Positions 1 to 15,564 of a stretch of DNA of 64,000 bases are shown piece after piece. Made by a program: the position numbers and the translations under genes. The notes under the pieces are model-generated. The model did not search any database and was not told where the DNA came from. It saw only the letters and a list, made by a program, of their open reading frames with translations. Origin of the DNA: the human T2T-CHM13v2.0 reference genome, Homo sapiens; assembly GCF_009914755.1 (NCBI RefSeq), contig NC_060928.1; one strand, 5' to 3'. Position 1 is the first letter of the stretch. Every line of letters starts with the position of its first letter.

Positions 1-201
1 TTCTTTTTCTTTCTTTCTTTCTTTCTTTTTTTTTTTTTTTTTTTTTGATACAGAGTCTCGCTCTGTCGCCCAGACTAGAGTGCAGTGGCGCAATCTCGGC
101 TCACTGTAAGCTCTGCCTCCTGGGTTCATGCCATTCTCCTGCCTCAGCCTCCTGAGTAGCTGGGACTACAGGTGCCCGCCACCATGCCCGGCTAATTCTT
201 T
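1..201 (-). mobile_element. AluY right arm plus poly-A tail (first half of an Alu split by an insertion)
   Basis: Poly-T/CTTT tract at 1-46, then the Alu reverse complement with AluY-type AAGCTC...GCCATTCTCC. It stops in the A-rich linker at TGCCCGGCTAATTCTTT. Confidence 0.92.
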
Positions 202-1354
202 TTTTTTTTTTTTCTCTTTAAAAACCACTTTTAATTAAAGACTCGATAGAGTAAGCAGAAATTATTTACATTTTTAATAGAAATTTAGTCATACAATGAA
301 AATGCACTCGAACATTTGTTGATACAAAGACAAGATTTATACTAAGAAGTAGTCAAAAATACCAATTTTATTTATTGATTTATTGGAAAAATAATGTATA
401 TCTTGGAGACTGGAGCAGGCTAAGTGACTTGAAAGCTGCAAGAGAGAAAAAAAGGTAGCACATTTAAGCTTTAAATCTTTTAGACAAAAATATCTAGATA
501 GTATGGTTCTGTTTAGAAACTCAAAGATTTATATGCTATATCTTGAAGCAACTAAAGGACATGGTGAACATTTTTCATATGTCACAAAGTGTTTTATATT
601 TTTGCTTTAAGGGACAAATTAGCAATATTTGGAGACTTCACAATAACTTTGTGGGGAGAGCTAGGGCATTTGTAATGAGAAAAATATAGTTTTGCCATGT
701 ATGAAAAAGTAAGTTATAGGCCAGTAAAATGTTTCAGTATCTTGTATACCTAGAAGGACTGCTGTGACAATTGTGCCTGTATAGATCTCATTTATCCTTA
801 AAACCTTCTAGTTTTAAATTGGTACAGACAGTGTCCTTAGTCAAGTAGTACGGTTGGAATATATTTAAATTTTTGTTTATATATTCTGTTTTTGGCCCAC
901 TGCAGAATCTAACAGACAGGTTTTTATAGTTTTCTTTTTTTTTTCAAGGCCAGTATTAAGTAAAATGTAGCAGGTGATCTGATTTTGTATAATTGATAAA
1001 TATTTAGAATGTTAGGTTTTTAGTTAGGAAAAGACCTTATTGATCATCTGCATTTCACCTGCTTTTGCAGATAAAGGACTTGAGACACAGGAAAATTAAA
1101 TATTCTAGTTCCACTAGAAGTGAGCTATCTGACTGTCAATATGTGTATTTCCAATAATCTCTGCTGCACCTTATCTTACAATATCTGTGCTAAAATGTAA
1201 ATGTAACCAGGTAGAGAATTACCATTGACTCACTGTTGATGTGGTTTCAGTAATTCAGCAAACCAGAATCCTGAGTCAAGTATCATGTAGTAGGTAAGAG
1301 AAGAGAGAGGGAAGGAAATCTAGGCATGGGATGTTCAGTCTGTTACTGTAAGAA

Positions 1355-1530
1355 TTGCTCTGGTCTTGGAGACAAAGGGCCTGGGATTCAGTTTTGACAA
1401 TGCCACTTATTAACTGTGATTTTAGAGCAAAACCCTAAATTCTCCAACCTTCAGTTTCTTTATATATGAAATGGGAATAAACATTGTTGCGGTACTTACT
1501 TCTAGGTTAACTGTGAGAATCAAGGCCACT
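1355..1530 (+). mobile_element. MIR fragment inside the retroposed segment
   Basis: MIR core-like CCTGGGATTCAG...GCCACTTATTAACTGTGA...CTTCAGTTTCTT...AAATGGGAATAA. Confidence 0.7.
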
Positions 1531-1544
1531 GTGAGAGTCAGTTT

Positions 1545-1620
1545 CTAGTTTACCAACATTTATTTGCTGTTACTATGTGCTAGGCAATATTGTAGCCTTC
1601 AACAATACAAAGACAATGGA
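1545..1620 (-). mobile_element. L2 3'-end fragment inside the retroposed segment
   Basis: CAACATTTATTTG...TACTATGTGCTAGGCAATATTGTAG resembles the reverse-complemented L2 3' end. Confidence 0.5.
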
Positions 1621-2302
1621 AACTTTTATAACATATTACAAAAGCCTAAAAACTAAGAAGTAATATTTAGCAGGAAGTCTGATTGATATCGTTCATAAAT
1701 ATTTAGAATATTTTTTTTTAATTTGGAAAAGACCTTAGTGTTCAAGAGAGACTTTTGTCTCCTTAGTCTTCAAAGAGATTACAACTTGGAGAGATGATCC
1801 TTTAGGCAAAAAGCCTTATGATATAGTTGATTGAGATTGTCATTATAATAACAGCAGTTTTACAAGCTGTTAACTAATCTAGGATTGAAGAGAGGAAAGG
1901 AATGTCAGCAGTACATCAAAAAGGAAGAATATAATTTTCTTAGAAGTAGAGGAATGAGTGTTTTTTCATTTTTATTATTTTGCTTTAAGCCAGCTGCATT
2001 ATGTGATACCATCTTGTTTGCCCTTCTGCTAGAGACCAAACCACCCCTACCACTGTTTTAGTAAACAAGAGATTGAATAACCTTAGTTCAGTCAAGGATC
2101 TCACCTTTTCTTGCCCTAAAGAGTTATTTGGCTTCATTGAGATTTTGACTGTCAGTTTTAAGATTCATAAATTTCTAGCAGTCTGTGTGGATTATTCTAG
2201 TGTTACTATTTAAGGAAATGATGACCCTCTAGTGACAGGTTTTCTGATTGTAAGCTATTTGCCATTTATAATCCTGCTATATGTTTTTGCACTTATATTT
2301 GT

Positions 2303-2732
2303 GGTGTTTTATGCATTCTAAGATGTCTATTTTTTCATATTTGAACATACCTGAAACTGGGATGCTTCTTTGAATTGATGGACTCAAAATCCATGTTGGG
2401 TAGGTGGTGGTTTTGATGGAGTTGTTATCTGTGCATGTGTGAATGTGGTCATAATGTCAAAGTTTAATTGAGTTATATGCACTTCAGGTATTCTGATGAT
2501 TCCCAAATCCTATGATTTAGGCTTAGAAGGATAAGTAATATATACTCATCTATCTACATGAGAGGCATGGGGCAGAACAGTGGAATATATGATACAGATA
2601 TCCAAAAAATGAAATCTAATTGATAAAAAAGCATTATGTCTTAGTTTAATTGGCAGCCTTTTTGCTTCTAGGGATATATAAATAGTAAACTTATATCATA
2701 TAATGATGGTGCTTTGGATTCATTCATATTTG
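2303..2732. mobile_element. TcMar-Tc2 (MER104/Kanga-like) DNA transposon remnant inside the retroposed segment
   Basis: Left end CATTCTAAGATG...TTTTTCATATTTGAACATACCTGAAACTGGGATG and right end AGTTTAATTGGCAGC...GATGGTGCTTTGGATTC resemble MER104 termini. Confidence 0.55.
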
Positions 2733-3583
2733 GATTCAAAATATTGATGCTGCAGTATTTTATTTTGAGTAATTTGAATGGGATGACTTATGACTTAATG
2801 GAAATTTTAGGAAAGCCTGTTTATGGAAGGTGGATCAAAAGTCATACTTTTAATGATAGATTCTGTCAAGGGATACTTTTAAAGAAAGGTTAAAATCATG
2901 TCTTTTATTCAAATGTAAAAAGAATGGGTATCAAAGACTTTATTAAGCTCATTAATTAATGAGGGGATCAGTAAGATGTTACAAATAATTCAAAGGAGAA
3001 TTTTAAGAGCACACATATATGGGCAATCAAGGATGCTGAAATGAATGTGAAACAGACGCAAAACTGGTTAATAGCCACAGGCCAATTATCCATTTCATTT
3101 CACTGGACACAATTTATTTGCATTTTTATGGAAAAGAATTGTTTGTATTATTCTGTGCCTTACAACTACATGGTTGTAAAGTAGCAGAAAGACAATGTGA
3201 GGCTCATATTCTGACTGACTCAGATAATCTGGAAGGGTATACTAGATAGGACATCCACTAATATTTTGCATATTTCAGTGTTTCACAATTTTCCTGACAA
3301 ATCTTAAAGGTTAGAAGTTTTCCTGATAGACTTTGTATCAAATTTTAATTTCATGGGAAGGGATCATGTTTGTAGATCCCTTAATTTTAAAGCTTTTTTT
3401 TAAGTTTCTCTTTACCCAAAAATATAATCTGGATTAAATTCAATTTACTGACCCAAAGATATAAATGAGAAATTCAAAACCATTAACACTCTAACACAGC
3501 TAGATGGAATGATGAATGATTAAGGGAGAAACCATAAGAAAACATCAGGTAATCATCTTTCTAGCATGGTCTGAATGAAATCC

Positions 3584-3725
3584 TGCCCGGCTAATTCTTT
3601 GTATTTTTAGTAGAGATGGGGTTTCACCGTGTTGGCCAGGATGGTCTCGATCTCCTGACCTTGTGATCCGACCTCCTCGGCCTCCCAAAGTGCTGGGATT
3701 ACAGGTGTGAGCCACCGTGCCTGCC
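3584..3725 (-). mobile_element. AluY left arm (second half of the split Alu)
   Basis: GTATTTTTAGTAGAGATGGGGTTTCACCGTG...GGATGGTCTCGATCTCCTGACCTTGTGATCCG...GAGCCACCGTGCCTGCC continues the Alu from position 201. Confidence 0.92.
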
Positions 3726-3734
3726 TAGATCATC

Positions 3735-3915
3735 ATTCTTCTAAGGAGCATGAAACCTAGATCCCTCGCATGGACATTTCACAATAGGGTTCACACTCCT
3801 ATGAGAATCTGATGCCACCGCTGATCAGACAGGAGATGGAGCTCGGGCGGTAATGCTCACTCGCCTGCCACTCACTTCCTGCTGTGTAGCCCAGTTTCTA
3901 ACAAGCCACAGATAA
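3735..3915. mobile_element. MER1 (hAT-Charlie) fragment
   Basis: AACCTAGATCCCTCGCATG...CACAATAGGGTTC...CTCCTATGAGAATCT...GCTCGGGCGGTAATGCTC matches MER1A/B. Confidence 0.8.
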
Positions 3916-4901
3916 TACCTTGAGGTTTAAGCTCTGTAGATTAGCTTTGACCCTGCTTGTACATTATATAAATATATAAATGGAATCTTATAGTACATAT
4001 TCTTTTGTGTCTGGCTTCTTTCACTCAATACTGTGGAGAGATTCATCCATGTGGAATGTTGCTACACATGTTTATTTCATGGCTACATAGTGTTACATTG
4101 AATAAATATACTAGAATATATTTGTTCTACTGTTGATAGACACTTGAATTTTCTCTAATTTGAGGCTATTAAGAATAACAGTGCCATAAGCACTTTGTAA
4201 ATGTCTTTCAGTTCACATTTGTACACACTTCTGTCAGGCGCAGATCTACAAATGGAATTGCTGGGTGATATGATATGCAAACATACAGCTTTAGTAGATA
4301 CTGGCAAACAGTTTTCCAAAGGGATTATACCAATTTACACTCCCATTAGCAGTGACTTCGAGTTCCAGTTGCTCTGTCCATATCCTTTACAATACTTGAC
4401 ATATGAGTCGTTTTGTATTTTGACCATTTTGTTTGATATGCAGTGGTATTTCGTTTTAGCTTTAATTCGTGTCTCCCTGAAAGTTAGCAAGACTAAATTT
4501 GCCTATCTTAAAATCAAGTTTTCTGTCGTATTGAAAAAATTGATTTTTCTAAGTTCTTGATATACTCTCAATGTGAATTCTTTCTTTGTTATATTTATTG
4601 CAAATAATACCTCTGAGACTTGCCTTTCACTTTCTTAATTTGTCTTGTGATAAACAGGAGTTCTTAATTTTAACGTGGTCTAATTTCTCAATTTCTTAGT
4701 CTTTTCTTTTATGGCTAGTGCTTTTTGTGCTCTGCTTAAGAAACTTTTGCCTACCCAAAAGTCATAAAAATACTAACATTATTTTTTTAGAAACTCTATT
4801 TTTTCTTTCATACTAATCTTCAATTCACCTAAAATGGTATTTAGTATGAAGGAAGGGTTAATATTTTTCACTATGGATATTCTACTGACTCAGCATAATT
4901 T

Positions 4902-5229
4902 CTTTTTTCTTTTCTTTTCTTTTTCTTTTTTTTTTTTTTTTATTAGAGACAGAATCTCACTCTGTCACTCAGGCTGGAGTGCATTGGCACTATCTTGGCT
5001 CATTGCAACCTCTGCCTCCTGGGTTCAAGTAATTCTCATGCCTCAGCCACCCAACATAGGTGGGATTACAGGCGTGTGCCACCGAGCCAGTCTAATGTTC
5101 ATAATTTTAGTAGAGATAGGGGTTTTGCCATGTTTGTCAGGCTGGTCTTGAACTCCTGGCCTCAAGTGATCAGCCAACCTTGGCCTCCCAAAGTGCTGGG
5201 ATTGCAGGCGCGAGCCACTGTGCCTGGCC
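4902..5229 (-). mobile_element. Alu (Sz/J-like), full length
   Basis: Alu reverse complement; TSD TGACTCAGCATAATTT at 4886-4901 and 5230-5245. Confidence 0.9.
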
Positions 5230-5558
5230 TGACTCAGCATAATTTATTTTAAAAAACAGTTTTCCCTTGTTTACAGTAGCAACATGGTAATAAATCAAGC
5301 ATCTATATATGTGTGGGTCTTTTTCAGAATTGTTTTTAACTACATTGGTCTACTTGTCCATGTTTACTCCAGTTCCACAGTTTTAATTATGGTACCTTTA
5401 TAATTTATATTGATATCTTGTAGTATAGGTCCTCTGACTTCGTCTTTTCTTCATCAATATTGTCTGGGTTTTTTTTGTGGCTCTTTGCAATTTCAAGTAC
5501 ATTTTATAATGAACTTGTTAAATTATATGAAACATTCTACTGGTATTATACCTGGTAT

Positions 5559-6186
5559 TGTGAGAAACAAACCTACCTGTCCAAACCCAAAGAATGGACT
5601 CAGAGACCTGGAGAACAGCGAAAGTGAAACTTTTAATGATGCTCTTGCAAGAATTGGGTGTCTGATGTGCAGGCACACACAGCACAGTTTTAACAAGCAA
5701 TTTAACTCCTAGTGTGCAGGTCCCTCTCCCGGTTTTTCATAGGCTGAATACTAGGGGGTCACAATCTTCCTGGACGTCACCTATTGATTGTTGGGCAGGG
5801 GCTTTAGGTGTTTTGTTTGTTTTTAGGGTTGTTTTGCGGCATTTTGTTGCAGCCCACAATGCATTGCAATCCTAGTTAGCTCAGGGGCTCTTCAAGTATT
5901 TACTTATGAGCTAAGTAGCTGGGCAGGCTAATAAAAACAGACAAAACGAACTATTTTGCAGGCTAGTAAACTTTTATCTTAGACTAAACTTCTTTGGTTC
6001 TGGTGAAGGCAAGGAAACAGGGTTGTGGAGGCGGAGTGGGGGAGGGGGAGGCCAACAAGCAGGCATGGGCTATCCAAGCAGGGGCCTAGTATGTTCTGTT
6101 TCTTCTGTAGTTTGCTAACGTAAGTCTATTTAAGGCACTTCGTCTTGGAAATGGACCATGGGCCATTGTATACATTATTTCCTTCA
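5559..6186 (-). mobile_element. ERV solo LTR (ERV1-like, family not assigned)
   Basis: TG...CA termini, 4-bp TSD GTAT (5555-5558 and 6187-6190), minus-strand ATTAAA near 5632, higher GC than the flanking L1. Confidence 0.8.
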
Positions 6187-6733
6187 GTATTGGAGATACT
6201 CTTTATAGAATAATTTAAAAATAATATACATGTTTATGGTATTGAATGTCTTCCTTTTATTTAGGTCTTTTGAAATTTTTTTAAATAATGTTTCATATTT
6301 TTTGTGTAGAGTTTTGCACATTTGTTAATTTATTTCTAGATATTTGGTCTTTTGATATAATTGTTAATGATATAATTTTTAAAATATCATTTTTAATCAC
6401 TTATTGGTATATAAACAGAGATTTTTCATATTGACCTTGAACTCTGTGATTTTTCTAAATTCATTTAATCACAATAATTTTCCTATGGATTATCTTGCAG
6501 CTTGGATATAATACAATCTATAAGTAATGACAGTTTTTCTTTCTAATCTTTATATGTATTATTTTTCTTGCATTATTATACATGCTAGGATCTTTTTCCT
6601 ACCAATGTTAAATAAAACTGTTGTTAATAAGGGGAACCTGTCTCCTTTGCAATGTCAGATAAAAAGTTTTCAATATTTCTCCATTAAATATGATATTTAT
6701 CATAGGTTTTTGAAAATGCTTTTTAAAGGTATG

Positions 6734-7101
6734 TGATATCATTTGGATTTGTGTCCTTACCCAAATCTCATGTCAAACAGGAGAAGGGGCCTGATGGGAG
6801 ATGATTGGAGCATGGGGGTGGATTTCCTCCTTGCTGTTCTCATGATAGTGAGTGAGTTCTCACAAGATCTGATGGCTTAAAAGAGTGTGGCCCTTCCCCC
6901 TTCTCTCTCACTACTGGTCTGCCATGACAAGACATGCTTACTTTCCCTTTGCCTTCTGCCATGATTGTAAGTTTCCTGAGGCTTCCCACCCATGCTTCCT
7001 GTTAAGCCTGCAGAACTGTGAGCCAATTAAGCCTCCTTTCTTCATATATTACCCCTTCTAAGATAGTTCTTTATAGTAGTGTGAGAATGCAGTAATATAC
7101 A
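6734..7101 (+). mobile_element. MaLR solo LTR (MSTA-like)
   Basis: TGATATCATTTGGATTTGTGTCC...CCCAAATCTCATG...GTGAGAATGCAGTAATATACA; 5-bp TSD GTATG. Confidence 0.9.
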
Positions 7102-7429
7102 GTATGAAAATGAATATTTATTTAGATTAAGAAATATGTACCACAAATTATTGGAAACTTAGAGATTTTTCATTTCTTCTGAGGCAACTTTACACAATTT
7201 TCCAGACATGTTAACATATAAATGTTTCTTGGTTGCAACCCACTTTGCTCTCTCTCCAGAATTCTCTACAATCCCCAGCAATTCCTAACACTTATAGGGG
7301 CCTGTGAAAATGAAGGCTTTGAAAACTGGGCCTTATAAACTTCATAATTTCATCTGAGAATTTTTTTTTTACAATTTGGCTGTAGTTTTCCTTCTCTTGA
7401 TGTTAATTCTGAAAACTTTCTCAAGATTA

Positions 7430-10620
<3,191 letters not shown>

Positions 10621-10868
10621 ACATGCCAGCCATTTTCTTATCCTGCTTTATTGAATTTCTTATTTAATTCTTCAGATTGAAAATGATGTTCCTGATTTTT
10701 CTGAGTACCAGAAACATCTGAGAAAGAAAAATATAAATGTTGGAAAGAATATGTTTTGAATCTTTATTATGTAGAGTAATATGCTAAGAGCATTTCATAT
10801 TTAAATATTTTAAAATATATTTTATATTTAAAATTATCTTTAATATAAAATTATCATATTTGTGAAAT

Positions 10869-11716
10869 AGACAACTTCATAGAGCATGCTCTTCATGGGG
10901 TGAAAGTCACCCCATCAAGAAAGAAATACTTTTCTTGAAACTGTGTTTTCACTGTTGACGTTTTTATCTACCAGACAGACTCAAGAATTCTTTGTTAATT
11001 TCCATGAGGGACAAAAGAGGATGTTTAAATATTAGGAAACAAAAAGATGGTTCTTATCAGAATCCATCCTTTTACCCTAAGCAAGAAAGTCTAGTTTTGT
11101 GTTATTTGAAAAATTTTAGAAGATACAATTTTTTATTAACTCATGAAAATCATTTTCTGACCCATGAGGTATAGTTGCTTTGCTCCATTTCTGTATGATA
11201 TTTAATCTGAATACTAAAATAGAAATCATTAATACTTTACTACAACTCCAATGTATTAAACATAGTTATTTTTATCAATATAAAAATGAGTCATATCATA
11301 GTCATGCAGATTTTTATATGTATGATTTGTTCTTTACATTTTCTTTACCTAAAATTCAAAACTCTCTCTATGAAGAATATTTTTCTGTATTCCAGTTGGT
11401 GGATATTTCTTTAAGCTTATTTAATTGGATAAGGGTTAAGGGTGTGATGTTTAAATTACACAACCATCTTGGTTTAAAGTCATGAGGCTTTTTGTGGGTT
11501 TATTTTACAATACCGTACTTTCAAAACTAACAAATCAAGACTTACAGCAGCAATAGGAGGCAAACACTTTTCATTTCTTTCACCAGGTTGCTGAAATATG
11601 GCCCAGTTCCAGCTACTGATCATGCATATTCCCGAGACAACTTCATAGAGCATGCTCTTCACTGGGTGAAAATCACCCCATTAAGAAAGAAAGAATTTTC
11701 TTGGTATTTTCTTGAA
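10869..11716. repeat. Pair of ~70-bp direct repeats 766 bp apart (10869-10939 and 11635-11716)
   Basis: AGACAACTTCATAGAGCATGCTCTTCA is identical in both copies, followed by near-identical GGGTGAAA-TCACCCCAT-AAGAAAGAAA. Confidence 0.9.
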
Positions 11717-12392
11717 GCCATTGACTATGAAAGCACAGCCCTTCCAGTTTTTTAGAAGTTTTAATCATACATCAAGCTCTTATTAGTAACAAAGAAAACA
11801 AAGAAGAAACCTAGCTCTCATTTTCAGGAAGGATGCTTTCAGATGGTCAACATAAAACCACCAAGGGAGGGGCCGCAATGCCAGTACCCTGTGTTAAACC
11901 TGCAGCAGCAGGAAAGGCTGTCAGGTGAGCAGTTAGAGGCAAGGAGATGTTGGGCACTGTATGGTGGGTGACAACCTCGAGACAACTCACCTTACTGTGC
12001 TTATTTTATCTCTCCACATCTTGTATAAGTGACACAAGCATTTGAGTCCGGGGCCCTCTGCTTTTTTATTATGCACAGACTCACTCAGGGAGTGGGAGCT
12101 AAGGAAAGGTTGGAATTAATCAGATACTTCCCCAGACTTTCCTACACCTCTTGCCCAACAGAAGTAGGCAAAGCTAACTCAGACCATGCGGACTGAGTTT
12201 CTTGTTCCATCAGACTTTTAGGTACAAGGTCAAGGTTGGGGGCTAAGCGTGTACAGTGATTGATCTGGGAGACTTAAGGAAAAGTTTTTCTGGAAATGGT
12301 TAATGGGAAACAAGGAGGAATGTCTTGTGTGATAGCAAAGTGGAAGCAGCCAACCAAGGAAGACTTCAACAAGTTCAGAAAAATCTTGCCTC

Positions 12393-12700
<308 letters not shown>

Positions 12701-13113
12701 CTTTCCTCTCTAGGAAAAGACGTGGGAATTCTATGAGCTTCCTACCTCCTGCTGGGCCATAAATGCGATGGTTGGAGCCATCAACCTCTTAACAGGACCT
12801 AGAATAGAATTGCTGAATTCTTTGGTCCCCAATTCCGAGAGTGCCTGAGTCTGACCTTGGTGACAGAAAGAGTCTAATAAAATATGAAACATTAACTATA
12901 GGGAAAAATAGATTAGATGTACATTGTGTGGTGTCAGCTTGGGCTGAAGTTGTGCTTGTACCAGGATACAGACATACCTGCAAGAGGTGAGCCACTGTCC
13001 TCATGAAAGAATGAGAAGTCTCCTAGGAACGGGTTGATCCTAAAGGAAGCTGAAGGCATGTACTCTGCCTAAGAGCAAGGCCTCAGCTGAAAGAAGGGAA
13101 TATAATAGTTTGA

Positions 13114-13528
<415 letters not shown>

Positions 13529-15564
13529 TGCATCCTTCTTGTTGATGGTCTTTCTATGAAACCTCATGATGCCTCATTATTGCTGCTGCATTCTCTACTC
13601 ACCTTAGAATGACAATATCAAAGCTACAGATATTATTACCTGATGCTCCCCAAACCAGCAGCTTTCAAGGTGGCCATAAGACACTTGTTTCATCTTCTCT
13701 TGTGGATTTCATATTTTATCACTTAAGAACCTAGCAAGGCTTCTATCCAGAGTCTCATATAGTCCTTCCACATGACCCCAATAGCATCTTCTCTGTTTCC
13801 ACTTCCTGCATTTCAGGTCCTTTTTAAGTACCTGCATCCTCTTCTATCCAAAAGCAAAGTCCTTATGCAAATCTGCTTATGCGAATTTTCTTGTTTTAAA
13901 CTGCTGTCTCTCCAGTTTGTTAAATGTAACCAAAGACAAGCCTGAAGGCCAACAGTATCCTGTATCACTAGCAGATAATATTGCCCACTTTCACACTGGA
14001 GATTCTGTAGCATAAACATTTGTCGGTATAGTAATTCTTAATCTTCTTAACTAGATTCTTGTGAAACTCATCATAATAGTATGCTACAAGTGTATCTATT
14101 GCCGCTAAAATCTGCAGGATCTGTATTAAGATACATTGCTGTTATTAGTTGTGCTTCATCTTGAAAGAGTCCAATATACTGATTAGGATAAAAGCTAACA
14201 TTTTGCCATGGTGAAAATCTACACCAATTACATAAAATTAAAATGTTTTGTGATACTTGAAGTAACTTTGTAGTGATAGAATAAAAATACATTGGTTTTC
14301 TTTTATGATAAAACAAGAATAAATCCTCTTACCTAAAACTGTTTCCGAGAGAAAAAGAAGCACTTTTTAGTCAGAAATAGATGGTTTAAATCCCCTCATC
14401 ATAATTATGTATTTGCAACTGAAAGCCTAAAATATTTGATGAAAAATAGCCTGATACCATTGCAAACAAAAAACCCAGGCACCCAGAAAGACTGGAGTCT
14501 GCCATAAATCCAGATGCTCTAACAAGTAGCTCAGAGACCTTAATTAACCTCTCTGAGACTTCTATTTCTCCTATGTCGAGGAGCATAAACATGTAAACGC
14601 AGTTTGCGAAGATCAAGTTGAGGTAATGCTTATTATATTTCTGTTACTTGGTAGGACCAAAAAAAGGTAGATATAATTTTTCTAAGTTTTGAATTAAAAT
14701 TGTATGACAAGTGTTTCAAAGCATGTAGCATTACCCTAGTCCTCTTTATTGGTTTTGTACACGTTACATTTTAGTAAATTTAAAGAGGTATAAATTTTAC
14801 TAGAATCATTTCCAGAAACTGGCTTACAATTTTATTGGGGGAGTTTTTGTATCAAAATACTAAAGGCTTGGTTCAGTTGAAAAGCCAACAGGCTCTTATC
14901 ACTTTAGTTTTGGTAAGTGAGAGAAGGGAAGAGAAATATTTCCGATACTATATCATGACAGGTAAGTGATCATTCTGTCTTATTATTATTTGCATAGAAA
15001 TGTTCTTGAAAGCCCATGAAATGGAGACTGGGCAATTTGGCTGCCTCAGCTAATGCAGAAGGGTCCCCTACCTGCTGAAAACAGTTGGAAATGCTAAACA
15101 AAATAGTAAACCATGACACTAAAAATGACTATAGAGAAACTTGATGAAAAGAAGAGAAATCTTTGGATGCCAAAGAAAGAGCTCAAATCAGGATGGGCTC
15201 TGGGAGAGACGTTTTGTCAGAAAACTTCCACATCTCAGGACAAACTGCATTCCTGAAGAACAATGGAAATCCACTGAAAATGAACTCATAATAAAACATT
15301 ATAAACCAGACAGGGAAAAGAGCATCATGAAGAATCAGAAAACACAACATTTTCTCTTAAAAAAGCCTTCTGAAGACTGCAGACAATAAAGCAATCTGAA
15401 AGCGGCTATAAGTATGTTGAAAAACAAACAAAATAATAGGAAAAGGAACATTAGGAAAAAAATGTTTATGTGGTTATGCTTCATTCTTCAGAAATTTCCC
15501 TCATCCACCCCCAGATTTCTAAGTCCTATGGGTTAACAGATACCGTTGTCCCTTTGAAGACACC

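Larger units (their letters stand above)
202..3583 (-). pseudogene. Retroposed non-coding segment (5'-truncated 3'UTR/lncRNA retrocopy or orphan L1 3' transduction)
   Basis: Flanked by the direct repeat TGCCCGGCTAATTCTTT (185-201 and 3584-3600). Poly-T runs to 213, with minus-strand ATTAAA ~16-18 nt before the poly-A. No L1/SVA body or ORF. The Alu resumes exactly after the right TSD. Confidence 0.85.
3940..6730 (-). mobile_element. Old L1M (L1ME/MC-type) 3' region, interrupted by an Alu and a solo LTR
   Basis: ATAAATGGAATC...TTTTGTGTCTGGCTTCTTTCACTCAA...GAGATTCATCCATGT and later T-rich antisense ORF2-like sequence. Confidence 0.7.

Noticed and set aside
2925-3110. Segment that looks like a familiar repeat 3' end (minus-strand AATAAA at 2939-2944)
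   Set aside because: I cannot assign a family with confidence, so it is left unannotated.
4201-4560. 119-aa ORF
   Set aside because: It lies on the antisense strand of a decayed L1 3' region, with no recognisable domain or splice context.
4834-5252. Alu-derived ORFs here and at 9723, 13141, 21073, 26392 and 36220
   Set aside because: These are standard Alu reading-frame peptides (e.g. [13 protein letters not shown]), not genes.
14905-14970. Two consensus splice donors (TG|GTAAGT and CAG|GTAAGT)
   Set aside because: No convincing upstream acceptor or promoter; such hits are expected by chance in 64 kb.
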